Origin: a virus
Lineage: Duplodnaviria; Caudoviricetes
IMG/VR virus record: IMGVR_UViG_3300035532_000270
Location: 1 to 26,822 of that record
Length of the DNA stretch: 26,822 nucleotides
Direction: 5' to 3' (one strand)
Part shown: one piece after another, positions 1-8,838 of the stretch
How positions within the stretch are numbered: position 1 is the first letter of the stretch
Layout of the letters: each line of letters opens with the position of its first letter
Program-made: the position numbers and the translations under genes
The notes under the pieces: model-generated
What the model was told of the DNA's origin: nothing
The model's database searches: none
The model's input: the letters and a program-made list of their open reading frames with translations, nothing else

Positions 1-1096
1 GTTCAATGTCAAAATCCATATACAGCTTGCCTGCCATAAGATTTTCCTTGCTGTTCAAGGTGGGATCCATCCAGCATTTTCCGCCCAGGATGGCACCCAC
101 GGCCTTGAGGTGGCGCAGGTAGGCATTGACACTTTCCCGGATGTCGATAATCAGGTTGGCGCTGATGGGGCGGTCCTGTGCCCACAGGAAGGCATTTTCA
201 ATGCTTTCGTAGATCATGTCGGCCGTCCGGCGCACGGAGAGAAACGCCCACATGGGATCTGTGGCGCAGGTGCGGTTGCCCCAGAGGCGGTAACCGTTTT
301 TGTGGACGATGGTGGCAACGTCCTTTGCGTTGAGCAGGTTGGCTTCACAGTTTTTGTCACTCAGGGAAAAGTCCACGGGCCTGGCCGCGCCCACAATGCC
401 GTTGAGTGTCTGGTTTGACGGGCTCCACCAGAAACCGCGCTCATCGTCCATCTTGGCAATAAGACCGGCCACCCTGGCCGATGCCGGACGATTCACCGGG
501 GCGCTTGTGGTGGTATCCCAAACCTTGACCCCGGGATCCACCACATAGATCCGGCTGCTGTCCCAATCTTCGCGGTAGGTGATGGCATCGGTGCGGTTGG
601 TGTTGGGACCGTCGGCAATGATGACCGCCCTCATTTTTTCGGCAATGCCCTTGAGTTCCGCCACCACGGCATTGGCCACACCGCCGGTCCGGCTGCCGGT
701 AAACCCCGGCGCACACAACACCCGTGGCGTCACCTTCACCGCGTTCTCCGACGCCACCAGGGCATGGACCCCGGTGCCGGCGGCAGAGCTGCCCACGACA
801 TTAGACAGTGTGGCGGCATCGTCCGCACCTTCCTCCACGCGGATCACCACCACCATGGCACCGATATGGTCAAAAATATCGTCCATGGCATCCTTAAGGG
901 TTCCGGTGCCGCCCAAGTCCGCCGCAGCCCTGGGATTACCTGCAATCAACACCGGTGTATTCAGGGGAAATATGGCGGCATCCGCGTCCGGCGCCGTGCC
1001 CACCACCCCGATAACCGAGGACTTCACTGTCCTGATGGGCCGGGTCCCGTCATCAATCTCCACGGTTTCAATGCCGTGCAAAAATGTGTCTGACAT
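1..1096 (-). CDS. Phage tail sheath protein (P2 gpFI-like), truncated by the window edge
   Basis: Not in the ORF track because it runs off the edge. My translation: SD AAAGGAG, ATG at 1096, MSDTFLHGIETVEIDDGTRPIRTVKSSVIGVVGTAPDAD...FPLNTPVLI...TPRVLCAPGF, a typical P2 FI N-terminus. Confidence 0.92.
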   Translation of the reverse strand, partial: MSDTFLHGIETVEIDDGTRPIRTVKSSVIGVVGTAPDADAAIFPLNTPVLIAGNPRAAADLGGTGTLKDAMDDIFDHIGAMVVVIRVEEGADDAATLSNVVGSSAAGTGVHALVASENAVKVTPRVLCAPGFTGSRTGGVANAVVAELKGIAEKMRAVIIADGPNTNRTDAITYREDWDSSRIYVVDPGVKVWDTTTSAPVNRPASARVAGLIAKMDDERGFWWSPSNQTLNGIVGAARPVDFSLSDKNCEANLLNAKDVATIVHKNGYRLWGNRTCATDPMWAFLSVRRTADMIYESIENAFLWAQDRPISANLIIDIRESVNAYLRHLKAVGAILGGKCWMDPTLNSKENLMAGKLYMDFDIE

Positions 1097-1121
1097 AGTG
1101 TCTCCTTTTAAGATAAAAGTA

Positions 1122-1541
1122 TTATTCTTGAACCGGTGATACAGGCCAGGGGATCGGGTCGATAATTACAGTCAACGTTGCCGGAAAATCCCTTAATGCC
1201 TGCCGGTATGTTACCCATTGTTCCCGCGCTGAATCTGATATGGGGTAATCCGGAATCATATATTTGTCCGTAAGTGTTAAGCTTTGATCTCTTTGCGGGC
1301 GGACAAAGGTCCCTTTCCACGTTTCTAAATCAGTATACTCCTGGGGCAAGGTGAAAGTGATATTTCCGTTTTCGTCAATCTCTGTGTTATCAGGCCCGGC
1401 CAGATGGGGGTAATTGCCAAAAATTTGCGTTATCTCTTCTTGGGAGAGTTCCCTGTCCGTTGCAGAATCAATTGCCAGGCGTTCTGCGTCTGCTGCATTA
1501 TCTGCGTTAACCACTATGTTACTATTTATAAAAACTCTCAT
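1122..1541 (-). CDS. Tail fibre assembly chaperone-like protein
   Basis: C-terminal R..RD..L..TD....PDYP......W..YRQALRD.P.......WP motif of phage tail assembly chaperones; directly downstream of the fibre gene. Confidence 0.85.
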   Translation of the reverse strand: MRVFINSNIVVNADNAADAERLAIDSATDRELSQEEITQIFGNYPHLAGPDNTEIDENGNITFTLPQEYTDLETWKGTFVRPQRDQSLTLTDKYMIPDYPISDSAREQWVTYRQALRDFPATLTVIIDPIPWPVSPVQE

Positions 1542-1550
1542 TACTTCCCT

Positions 1551-2825
1551 TTATTGATATGCGTAAACTGTCACGCCGTTAATTGTTTCGAAATAAATTG
1601 ACACTGTTGTGGACGTTGGGATGGTCGAAATTCCGCCTGGGTTTGCATCCGCCCGGCCGGCATCCTGTCCCATTGAAAAAGTGTTTGTGTTACTTGTTCC
1701 ACGCGCAATGTTTGCCCCGGAAGTTATCCTAAAAGCAGCATAGCGCCCGTCACCACCGTCTGTATCCCTAACCCCCAGATATAGCGGCTTGCCGACGGTC
1801 AACCCGGTTAATGTCCACGTTCCATTTGTCGTTCTTGTCCCGATTCTTGACGCAACGCCATTAAACGCATTGACAGCAAGGAGAAAACTCGACGCGTGTT
1901 TGCCGTCCAATAAATCCGCATCAAGTTTGCATCCGCTCCCGTCAACAGTTCTTAAAAGGGCAAGTATCCGCGCGGCCGTTATTTCTGCATGCGTATGAGA
2001 CGACAAAGAAAAATCCGATGCATGTTTGCCATCCAGCAAATCCGCATCAAGCTTGCATCCGCTCCCGTCAACGGTTCTTAAAAGGGCAAGTATCCGCGCA
2101 GCCGTTATTTCTGCATGTGTATGAGACGACAAAGAAAAAGCTGATGCGTGTTTGCCGTCCAACAAATCCGCATTAAGCCCGCACCCGCTACCATGAACGG
2201 TTTTAAGCTTTGATAGCACATCCGAAGCCGTATATCCGATTTGAGACTGTGTAACATTGTGGGGATTGTTCGTGTTATTCAGGTGATCCTCCCACTTCTT
2301 TGCCTGGGTATCTGTCAGGTGCTTCTTTTCAGATCCGGTCCGGGTCGGATCCACAATTAAAGCCGCATGATTCGCCAAAGCTGCAGCACTTGCCAGGGCC
2401 GTATTGCCGTCCAGGGAGAGGTTCACCACATCGGCATTCTCAAAATGCAGCGGTATCCGAAGGACCATGTCTCGGGTGGAGCCGTTGACGGCTACCGGTT
2501 TTTCGGTGACGGGCCAGTTGCCGACGATGCACAGGGTGCCGTCGGCGTCTTTGAGGCCGACATCCCGGATGGTGAAGGGGCCGTCCGTGGCCGGGATGGC
2601 GAACTCGAAAACAATGGTGTTGGGATCCGCCTTGGATCTGGTTCTGCTGCTGACCGGGCCGGACCAGACTTGATTGGCAAGGGCGGTCTGGCCTTTGTTG
2701 GGGATGACCGGATTGCCGTTGCCGTCTCCCACCACGGCGGTGGTGAGGTTGAACGGGTTGTCCATGGTGGCGTCACCTATCTTGGTCAGACCCTGGTCGG
2801 TCCACAGGGTGTAAAAATCAGGCAT
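1551..2825 (-). CDS. Tail fibre protein (P2 gpH-like/DUF3751 N-terminus, internal repeats, variable C-terminus)
   Basis: N-terminus FYTLWTDQG...VGDGNG...IPATDGPFTIRDVGL....G.L...GN.P...KP; NPHNVT and DADLLDGKHAS fibre motifs; follows gpI. Confidence 0.9.
   Translation of the reverse strand: MPDFYTLWTDQGLTKIGDATMDNPFNLTTAVVGDGNGNPVIPNKGQTALANQVWSGPVSSRTRSKADPNTIVFEFAIPATDGPFTIRDVGLKDADGTLCIVGNWPVTEKPVAVNGSTRDMVLRIPLHFENADVVNLSLDGNTALASAAALANHAALIVDPTRTGSEKKHLTDTQAKKWEDHLNNTNNPHNVTQSQIGYTASDVLSKLKTVHGSGCGLNADLLDGKHASAFSLSSHTHAEITAARILALLRTVDGSGCKLDADLLDGKHASDFSLSSHTHAEITAARILALLRTVDGSGCKLDADLLDGKHASSFLLAVNAFNGVASRIGTRTTNGTWTLTGLTVGKPLYLGVRDTDGGDGRYAAFRITSGANIARGTSNTNTFSMGQDAGRADANPGGISTIPTSTTVSIYFETINGVTVYAYQ
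1884..2220 (-). repeat. About 2.6 tandem copies of a 126-bp (42-aa) unit in the tail fibre
   Basis: aaatccgca recurs at 1912, 2038 and 2164 (126-bp period); unit LDADLLDGKHASxFSLSSHTHAEITAARILALLRTVDGSGCK. Confidence 0.95.
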
Positions 2826-2836
2826 GATTAAAATCC

Positions 2837-3400
2837 TTAAATATCATCCCCGATGCCGATGCGGCCCAGGGGGTATACGGTCGTGGTGCAGCCGCCGATG
2901 ACAACGGCGCTGTATGTGGGAACCTGGGACATGCCTGCCGGAGTGAGCTGGATGGTGCCCAGGTGGCTTCTGGTGTTTTTGGCCTTGATGGCCACCTTTT
3001 CCACTTCATCATAGGTAGCCTGGTTCACCATGTATCCGCCAGGCACCAGGATATTCAGGTCAAAGGTGCCCCGGGTGCCTTTGGGATCCTTTTCCCACCA
3101 CTCGATCACTTCCACCCCAAAGCCCAGGGACGCCAGGGCGATCTCCAAAGCACCCCGGGTTCCCTTGTGGCGGTGGACGGAAATGGAATTTTTAACAACC
3201 TGGCGCTGCTGGGTCACTGTCCAGGCCGGCTTCCACTCATCCACGGAAACGGCCCAGGCCAGCCAGGGCAAAACAGATACCGGGCACTTGTCCGGATTCC
3301 ACATATCCCGGATGGGGACGGCAATGCCTTCAATCCTTATGGCCTGGGTGCCGTCGGCAGCCAACTCAAGGGCAGAGGAATTGGGTGATAAAATACTCAT
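2837..3400 (-). CDS. Phage tail protein I (P2 gpI-like)
   Basis: IRDMWNPDKCP...LPWLAWAVSVDEW...HRHKGT motif; lies between J and the fibre gene. Confidence 0.92.
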   Translation of the reverse strand: MSILSPNSSALELAADGTQAIRIEGIAVPIRDMWNPDKCPVSVLPWLAWAVSVDEWKPAWTVTQQRQVVKNSISVHRHKGTRGALEIALASLGFGVEVIEWWEKDPKGTRGTFDLNILVPGGYMVNQATYDEVEKVAIKAKNTRSHLGTIQLTPAGMSQVPTYSAVVIGGCTTTVYPLGRIGIGDDI

Positions 3401-4287
3401 GCCGCCTCCACGGTGATGCCGGTGCAGTAAGGGGCTTGGTGACCCTGGGCGGATACGTCGGCCCCAGGGCTGGTGAGGGTCACCTTTTTTACGCCGGGCT
3501 GGTGCAGCGCCGCTTTAAGGCCGGAATCGGTTGCCGCATCTCCCAGGCTGTGGCGGGCTGCAGTGTATTTGGCAACGGCATCAATCGCTGCCTGTTTCAC
3601 CACTTCCCGGTCCGGGCCGTCATAAAATTCAAGGGTGGCGGCAACGGTGTAATTGAGGATTTGCGCACCCTGGACCGTAACCTCATCGGTAAGGGGGCGA
3701 ACCATTTTTGCAGTGACCGCATTGGCCACTTCATCCAGAACCGATTGCGCCGGCACCCCGTTGCCGGTACGTCCCAGAACGGTGAGCACCACTTCAACGG
3801 GATTGGGGCTGGTCACAGAAGCGTCCCGAACGCCTGCCACGCTCAAGGCATGAAAAATATAGGCGCCGTCCGGCCCGGCCGTTGAGAATCCCTCAGGAGC
3901 CATCTGCATGCGGCCCCGGAATTCATCATTGGATTCCATGGTGGGCGGCACCGGCGGCACGGCATCGGGATCCCCGGGATCAATGGTCTTGCGCCTAAGG
4001 GGAATCAATGCGGCCAGATGGTCCTGGTCACTGTCCCGGGCAAAGGCCGTCATCACGGCCCGGGCACCGTCGTTCACCCGCTGCCGGATGATCATTTCAC
4101 GGTAAGCACCGGTCTCAAGGAGTTTAACCAGGGGCTCGGATTCCAGATCCAAATCAGCGGCTGCATCCGGATAGCGCTGTTTAAAATCGGCTTTCCATTG
4201 GGCCAGGATATCCTCAAAGGCAAGATCTTCCACCACCTTGGGGGCGGGCAGCTTGGACAGGTCAATATCGGTAAATGCACTGGTCAT
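3397..4287 (-). CDS. Baseplate J-like protein (P2 gpJ)
   Basis: IDLSKLPAPKVVEDL..E, LESEPLVKLLE..AYRE, EGFSTAGPDGAYIFHA, VRPLTDEV, QAPYCT. Start moved from 4344 to ATG 4287 (ATGA overlap with the gpW stop). Confidence 0.92.
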   Translation of the reverse strand: MTSAFTDIDLSKLPAPKVVEDLAFEDILAQWKADFKQRYPDAAADLDLESEPLVKLLETGAYREMIIRQRVNDGARAVMTAFARDSDQDHLAALIPLRRKTIDPGDPDAVPPVPPTMESNDEFRGRMQMAPEGFSTAGPDGAYIFHALSVAGVRDASVTSPNPVEVVLTVLGRTGNGVPAQSVLDEVANAVTAKMVRPLTDEVTVQGAQILNYTVAATLEFYDGPDREVVKQAAIDAVAKYTAARHSLGDAATDSGLKAALHQPGVKKVTLTSPGADVSAQGHQAPYCTGITVEAA

Positions 4288-4619
4288 TGAATCACAATTC
4301 CTTTCATGGCCACGGGCTTGCCGTCCACCAGATAGGTGCCCCAAAGGCCCAGTACCAGGCGGCCGGCGATTGCCTCCTCAATCCCCACCCTTGTGACCCG
4401 GAGCCGGGGCTCCCACCGGTCAAGGGCCTCGGCCGTGGCCGCAAAGATCTCAATATTCAAATCCGGGGTCATGGGCGCGTCGATCAGCTCCGGCAGCCTG
4501 GACCCGTAATCCCGGCGCATCACCCGGGTGCCGATGGGCGTACTCAGAATATCGGCAATGCTCTGGTGCAGGTGGTCCAGGCCGGTGAGATTCCGCCCGG
4601 TGGCGGCATTCATGCCCAT
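4284..4619 (-). CDS. Baseplate wedge protein (P2 gpW / T4 gp25-like)
   Basis: GMNAATG...DHLHQSIADILSTPIGTRVMRRDYGS.L..LID.P...AL.RWEPR signature. Confidence 0.93.
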   Translation of the reverse strand: MGMNAATGRNLTGLDHLHQSIADILSTPIGTRVMRRDYGSRLPELIDAPMTPDLNIEIFAATAEALDRWEPRLRVTRVGIEEAIAGRLVLGLWGTYLVDGKPVAMKGIVIQ

Positions 4620-4802
4620 CTACTTGGCTGCCGTCTTTTTGGGTTTGGGCGTCTGGGACTTAAGTTCCAAATGTCCGGACATCAAAAGATACTTGGCCTG
4701 GCGCCCGGTGATGGAGACTTCATCCCCCGGCACCTTGGGTTCGGCAACCGGCCGGCAGGGCTTTTTAACGATATATTCTGAGACTTTCAGGTCATTAGGC
4801 AT
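4620..4802 (-). CDS. Small hypothetical phage protein
   Basis: 60 aa, fills the gap between V and W exactly, GGAG upstream. Confidence 0.65.
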   Translation of the reverse strand: MPNDLKVSEYIVKKPCRPVAEPKVPGDEVSITGRQAKYLLMSGHLELKSQTPKPKKTAAK

Positions 4803-4805
4803 TTT

Positions 4806-5405
4806 TTATTCTCCTAAGATTGAAGTTCTGCCCCCATGGGGGCATTCATGGTCATGTTCGGTCACTTCAACACCGCCGGCCTTGACGCTGGGGGCGGAGA
4901 CTGATCCGCTGCCGGTGATGTCCACAGCGTCCAGGGACGTATCGCTGGTAATGCCCTGGGTCACATGCAGCGGGCCGTTGACCCGGACTGCGGCCGTAAC
5001 AATCACATTTTGGGCTGTTGCCTCAATGGTTCCCGGGATATCGGCCTTCAGCCGGTGGGCGGCCCGATCATACTCAATAACGGCACCGTCATCGTAAACC
5101 GTCCGGTGAACCGTCCGAACATCGGCCGGGGCTGGGAACATATCCCGGTAAATACTGGGCAGGATGACGCCCAAACAAGGTTCGCCATAGGGACAAAGCA
5201 GCACCACTTGCTCTCCGGGCTCCGGTGCCCACCATGACCTGTCTTTGCCCGCCCGCAGGGTCAACCACGGCAGAAAGCCGGTTTTAAGGCCGGAGCCGTC
5301 CCGGACAACGGCCCGGTCCCCCTGGGTCACGTCCACCGTACAAATGCGGATCATATTGTTCATCCGCCGCTCCAGCTCACTGACCCGGTATTCAAGTTCC
5401 ATCAT
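4806..5405 (-). CDS. Baseplate spike protein (P2 gpV-like)
   Basis: ELERRMNNMIR, LPWLTLRAG..RSWWAPEPGEQVVLLCP.G, YDDGAVIEYD, C-terminal HxH (HDH) metal-binding apex. Confidence 0.92.
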   Translation of the reverse strand: MMELEYRVSELERRMNNMIRICTVDVTQGDRAVVRDGSGLKTGFLPWLTLRAGKDRSWWAPEPGEQVVLLCPYGEPCLGVILPSIYRDMFPAPADVRTVHRTVYDDGAVIEYDRAAHRLKADIPGTIEATAQNVIVTAAVRVNGPLHVTQGITSDTSLDAVDITGSGSVSAPSVKAGGVEVTEHDHECPHGGRTSILGE

Positions 5406-5962
5406 TCCGGCACCTCCCGGCCCGCAATCAGCCTGTAGTCATCCTCATGGCCCTCCCCGATATCCGGTGCCATGCCCAGGTACAATTCAGAGGGCATGGG
5501 GAATTCAGTCCGGTAAACATCCTCGCCTAACCGAACGGTTTGCGGCCAGGTCACGGCCCACAGGGCTACCCCTTTTTGGGCAATGATACCGGAGTAGAGG
5601 TTCCTGGAAGCGGCGGGCTTGGCGGCATAAACACGATCCGGGAATCCCCAGTTCTGCTGATAGATCCTGGAGACCAGCCCCTCCACCATGTTCAGGGCGG
5701 CCTGGGCACGGGCCAGCTTGCGCTGATCCGTTGCCGCCACATAGGCCGCAAACGTGACGGGGACATCCTGCTGGCCGTTACCCACCTCAATGCCCTTGCC
5801 CGTGGACAGCACCGCCACAAAAACGGCAGGTGCCCGTCCGGACACCCGGGCGATCTCTTTGCCATCGAACCGGCCGCCGTGGGGGGTGCAGGTTTTAAGC
5901 TCCGGCAACCAGGTCTTGATGGTGGTGCAGATCGCCTCTGTCAATTCGTTTAAGGTCATCAT
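5402..5962 (-). CDS. Putative tail completion/terminator protein (Mu gp37-like)
   Basis: HGGRFD..EI.R....APAVFVA and NLYSG...KGVALWAVTWPQ motifs; position after gpG-like. Confidence 0.6.
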   Translation of the reverse strand: MMTLNELTEAICTTIKTWLPELKTCTPHGGRFDGKEIARVSGRAPAVFVAVLSTGKGIEVGNGQQDVPVTFAAYVAATDQRKLARAQAALNMVEGLVSRIYQQNWGFPDRVYAAKPAASRNLYSGIIAQKGVALWAVTWPQTVRLGEDVYRTEFPMPSELYLGMAPDIGEGHEDDYRLIAGREVPE

Positions 5963-6498
5963 TCCCCCATGATCTGGTCATCAAGCCATTCATCCACAAT
6001 GGCCAAGACCTTATCTTCATTATTTTCGGAAAGGCCGAGGAAAGGCCGGGCCGGGATGTCAACCTCTCGGTTGTGGGCACTAACAAAGGCCACACCAGAC
6101 GCCGTTCCTTTTCTATCCCGGCTTTTCACTTTGCGGCGATGGGCTTTAATCTCCAATGTGTCTTCCAACCCCAATTGGTGGGTGCGGCCGTACACAAGAT
6201 TAGTGCCCACGACAACTTCATCCCCGTTAACCTCATAAGAAATAGATTCAAACAGAGCGCCTTCACCTTCCAAAAGGCTCTGACCATCATGACGGCTTTT
6301 TTTATACCCTTGTGACCATTCTTCCCATTCAACTCCCGACGGATCGGTTTTCTCTTCTTCAATCCGCTGTTTGGTCTGGTCTTCTATTTCGGAGCCGATA
6401 TTGTCCAACAATTCATCAAGCTCCATATCAGCCAGGGTATTCAGCCGCTCAGCCAGGCGCTCAAGCTCCGAATCAATGACAATACCGACGCCGGCCAT
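5959..6498 (-). CDS. Phage virion morphogenesis protein (Mu gpG / P2 gpS family)
   Basis: VGTNLVYGRTHQLG...IPARPFLGLS signature. Confidence 0.9.
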   Translation of the reverse strand: MAGVGIVIDSELERLAERLNTLADMELDELLDNIGSEIEDQTKQRIEEEKTDPSGVEWEEWSQGYKKSRHDGQSLLEGEGALFESISYEVNGDEVVVGTNLVYGRTHQLGLEDTLEIKAHRRKVKSRDRKGTASGVAFVSAHNREVDIPARPFLGLSENNEDKVLAIVDEWLDDQIMGE

Positions 6499-6926
6499 TA
6501 AAAAATCCCCTTCATGGAATTCCGGCTGAAAAGCCGCTCAGGCCCGGAGACCACCACCCCTCCGGAGGGGGTCGCCCCAGCCTCTTCAATCCCTAAAGCC
6601 ATGGTGCCGGCAGAGATCCGCCCAAGGGTCTTGACCGCATCATCATAACGCTGCCGGCGCTCATCCGTACTGCCCACCTCATCCCGGACCATCCGGTACA
6701 GGGCAATATCCACAGAGAGGCGAACCAGCAGCTCCGGCACCTGGGCCAGGGGAAGATTATGCTTGACGGCCAGGTACGGGTCGATCTCGGCGGCCGCATC
6801 TCCCAGGGCCTTGGCCACGGCCCTTTCATCCACAATATCCTGATCCGGATCTTGGGGATCCGGAATCATGGGATAGATGACATCATCGTACCGGTCGTCA
6901 ATGTCCTGCCTGGTTGCGTAGGCCAT
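6498..6926 (-). CDS. Mu gp36-like head-tail connector (DUF1320)
   Basis: MAYAT..D, AL.DA.AEID.YLA....LPL..VP..L.....DIALYR...R.RYDDA...L..I..G. Confidence 0.9.
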   Translation of the reverse strand: MAYATRQDIDDRYDDVIYPMIPDPQDPDQDIVDERAVAKALGDAAAEIDPYLAVKHNLPLAQVPELLVRLSVDIALYRMVRDEVGSTDERRQRYDDAVKTLGRISAGTMALGIEEAGATPSGGVVVSGPERLFSRNSMKGIF

Positions 6927-6929
6927 GGG

Positions 6930-7403
6930 CTACTCCTGCGCCCCCTGGCTGATCAGGTCCCAGGCGCGGTCTCGCTCAGCCGCATCAACATCCCGGCCCA
7001 GAATCTCCTCCATCGCCTTGACGATGGGTGCACCCGTTGTAATAGTCTGGCCGGCAGCAACAGCCTGCCGGGCAGCTTCCAGAACATCCGGGGCCACTTC
7101 ATTCCCCTCTCCTTGGGCCGGACCACTAAAGGCCGGTGCTTTTGTTTCAGGGTCAAGATCAACGGTGCCGCCACCGCCAACAACGACATCAGTATCAGGA
7201 ATGCCATTAACTTCCTCCTCGGGCTTGGCGGACGGTGCCGGGGCATCGTCCGGGATGATGGTTACGGAGAGCTTGGGCTCATTGATCAGGCGTTTAAGCT
7301 CTTTTTCAGTGAACCGGCCGTCCGGATGGATGACCGGGGATTTGCTGTGGCTGACGCCGCACCGGCGGAATCCCTCTTTGGATGATTGAATAACAATAGA
7401 CAC
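6930..7403 (-). CDS. Mu gp35/HI1506-like protein
   Basis: GTG start with GGAGG; N-terminal GFRRCG..HS motif; C-terminal LGRDVDAAERDRAW; directly after the capsid gene. Confidence 0.7.
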   Translation of the reverse strand: MSIVIQSSKEGFRRCGVSHSKSPVIHPDGRFTEKELKRLINEPKLSVTIIPDDAPAPSAKPEEEVNGIPDTDVVVGGGGTVDLDPETKAPAFSGPAQGEGNEVAPDVLEAARQAVAAGQTITTGAPIVKAMEEILGRDVDAAERDRAWDLISQGAQE

Positions 7404-7429
7404 CTGTGCACCTCCTTAAATCTTGCAGG

Positions 7430-8332
7430 TTAAATCCAAGCCGGAACCAGAATGTCCAGCTCACCGTGAAGGGTGTTGGTCTCACCGCCCTTGATGATCT
7501 CTTTCATCACTTCCTTGGCCTGTTTCTTCTGGCCGGAACGTACAACAAGCAGGTTGGGACGGATGCCCAGCTTTCTGCCGCCGTCAGCCTTAAAATCTTC
7601 CATGGCCTGGATAGCAGCCCAGATGTTGTCTGCCGTGAGATCCTGTTTTGAGCAATACCCCAGCTGCCAAAAACTGAATCCGGCATTGGCCCGGCAGTCC
7701 ACGCCGTAGTAATACTGCTTGTCCATAAAGACATTGCTGTCATTGCGCTTGTCCATGCGGTCAAACTTCATGGGCTTGCGTTCCTGGTAGATCAGCGGCT
7801 TGAGCGCCCGGGTGGTGTCCAGGACGTACCAGGCCGGCCCGGCACCGTCGGCATAGTTGGAAACAGAGACCGCCGCACCGGTGCCGTCCACCTTGGGGTA
7901 GACCGGATGGTCGGTGTCAAAAAAATACTGGCCGTCATAGCATTCAGTTGTCAGGCCTGCTTCCAGCAACGGAAATATCTGTTCATCCGGGAACACCTCT
8001 GCGGCCCGGCCCATCTCCTGGAAAAGGGGACCGTATACACCGATTTCATCGTCTTCAATGTCGTCACGGTCCACACCGATGGAGGATTCAAAGGCCTTGT
8101 TCACAATGCTGTAACCGTGGGCCTTCATCTCGTTGATCACACGGGAGCCGATCCATTCACGGAATTGGGGCCATTGGCCCAGCCAGCCGTAAGTGGTTGA
8201 TTTGCCGGAGCTGGGCACCTTGGTGGCGACCTGAAGATACTGGGATTTGGCCATAGCCTGGCCTTCCTGGAACTTTTTGCTGTACCCCACCATAAGGGCC
8301 TGGAGTACAGCCGGGGTGATGATGGTTGCCAT
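7430..8332 (-). CDS. Mu-like major capsid protein (gpT)
   Basis: TYGWLGQWPQFREWIGSR, FESSIGVDRDDIEDD.IG, CYDGQYFFDTDHPV, KPLIYQER, YGVDCRANAGF.FWQL. Confidence 0.95.
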   Translation of the reverse strand: MATIITPAVLQALMVGYSKKFQEGQAMAKSQYLQVATKVPSSGKSTTYGWLGQWPQFREWIGSRVINEMKAHGYSIVNKAFESSIGVDRDDIEDDEIGVYGPLFQEMGRAAEVFPDEQIFPLLEAGLTTECYDGQYFFDTDHPVYPKVDGTGAAVSVSNYADGAGPAWYVLDTTRALKPLIYQERKPMKFDRMDKRNDSNVFMDKQYYYGVDCRANAGFSFWQLGYCSKQDLTADNIWAAIQAMEDFKADGGRKLGIRPNLLVVRSGQKKQAKEVMKEIIKGGETNTLHGELDILVPAWI

Positions 8333-8838
8333 CAGCTAACCTCCTTTTTCGTTTTAAGATATTCGTCTTCAGGAATGTCCAAGCGCCGGCATACCGCCTT
8401 ATCCTCTTCAGACAGGCTCCCCTGTTTTTGATTCAGATCCTTTTCCTCAAGGTCCGTATCCTGACCCAGGGCCGGAGCGGATTCGACATAGGCCTTAAAC
8501 CGCTCCAGGCCGCCTTCGGTCCTGCATTGGGCCTTGTGGTACTCTTTGCTTGCCGGGGTAATGGTGCCGGCTTCCAGGGCCTGATTGATGGCCGTTTCGA
8601 TCTCGGCATCAAGCGCTTGAGCCTCATGGTCGGCAAGTCTCTGTTCCGCATTGGATGCCCGGTCCAGGGCCGCGTCATAGTCGGAACGGGGAACGAACTT
8701 GGCAAGGTCCGGGGTGTCGGCCCGGTTTTGGGCTGTTGCCAGATCCCCCTTCAGGGCACTGACCTTGGCCAGGGCCTGCTCATCTGTGGTGCCGTCTGCC
8801 AGTCCCAGGGCCTGGCAAATGGCCTTTAATAAATCCAT
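8332..8838 (-). CDS. Nested in-frame scaffold protein (Mu gpZ-like)
   Basis: Internal GAGGAG-aaagaa-ATG (MDLLKAI...) in frame with gpI, as in Mu I/Z. Confidence 0.65.
   Translation of the reverse strand: MDLLKAICQALGLADGTTDEQALAKVSALKGDLATAQNRADTPDLAKFVPRSDYDAALDRASNAEQRLADHEAQALDAEIETAINQALEAGTITPASKEYHKAQCRTEGGLERFKAYVESAPALGQDTDLEEKDLNQKQGSLSEEDKAVCRRLDIPEDEYLKTKKEVS

Noticed and set aside
1884-2220. Repeat as a CRISPR array or DGR template/variable pair
   Set aside because: It is an in-frame coding tandem repeat with no spacers; differences are not adenine-specific and there is no reverse transcriptase in the window.
1108-2825. Mu G-type invertible tail segment
   Set aside because: No inverted second fibre/chaperone set, no invertase and no flanking gix-like repeats seen.
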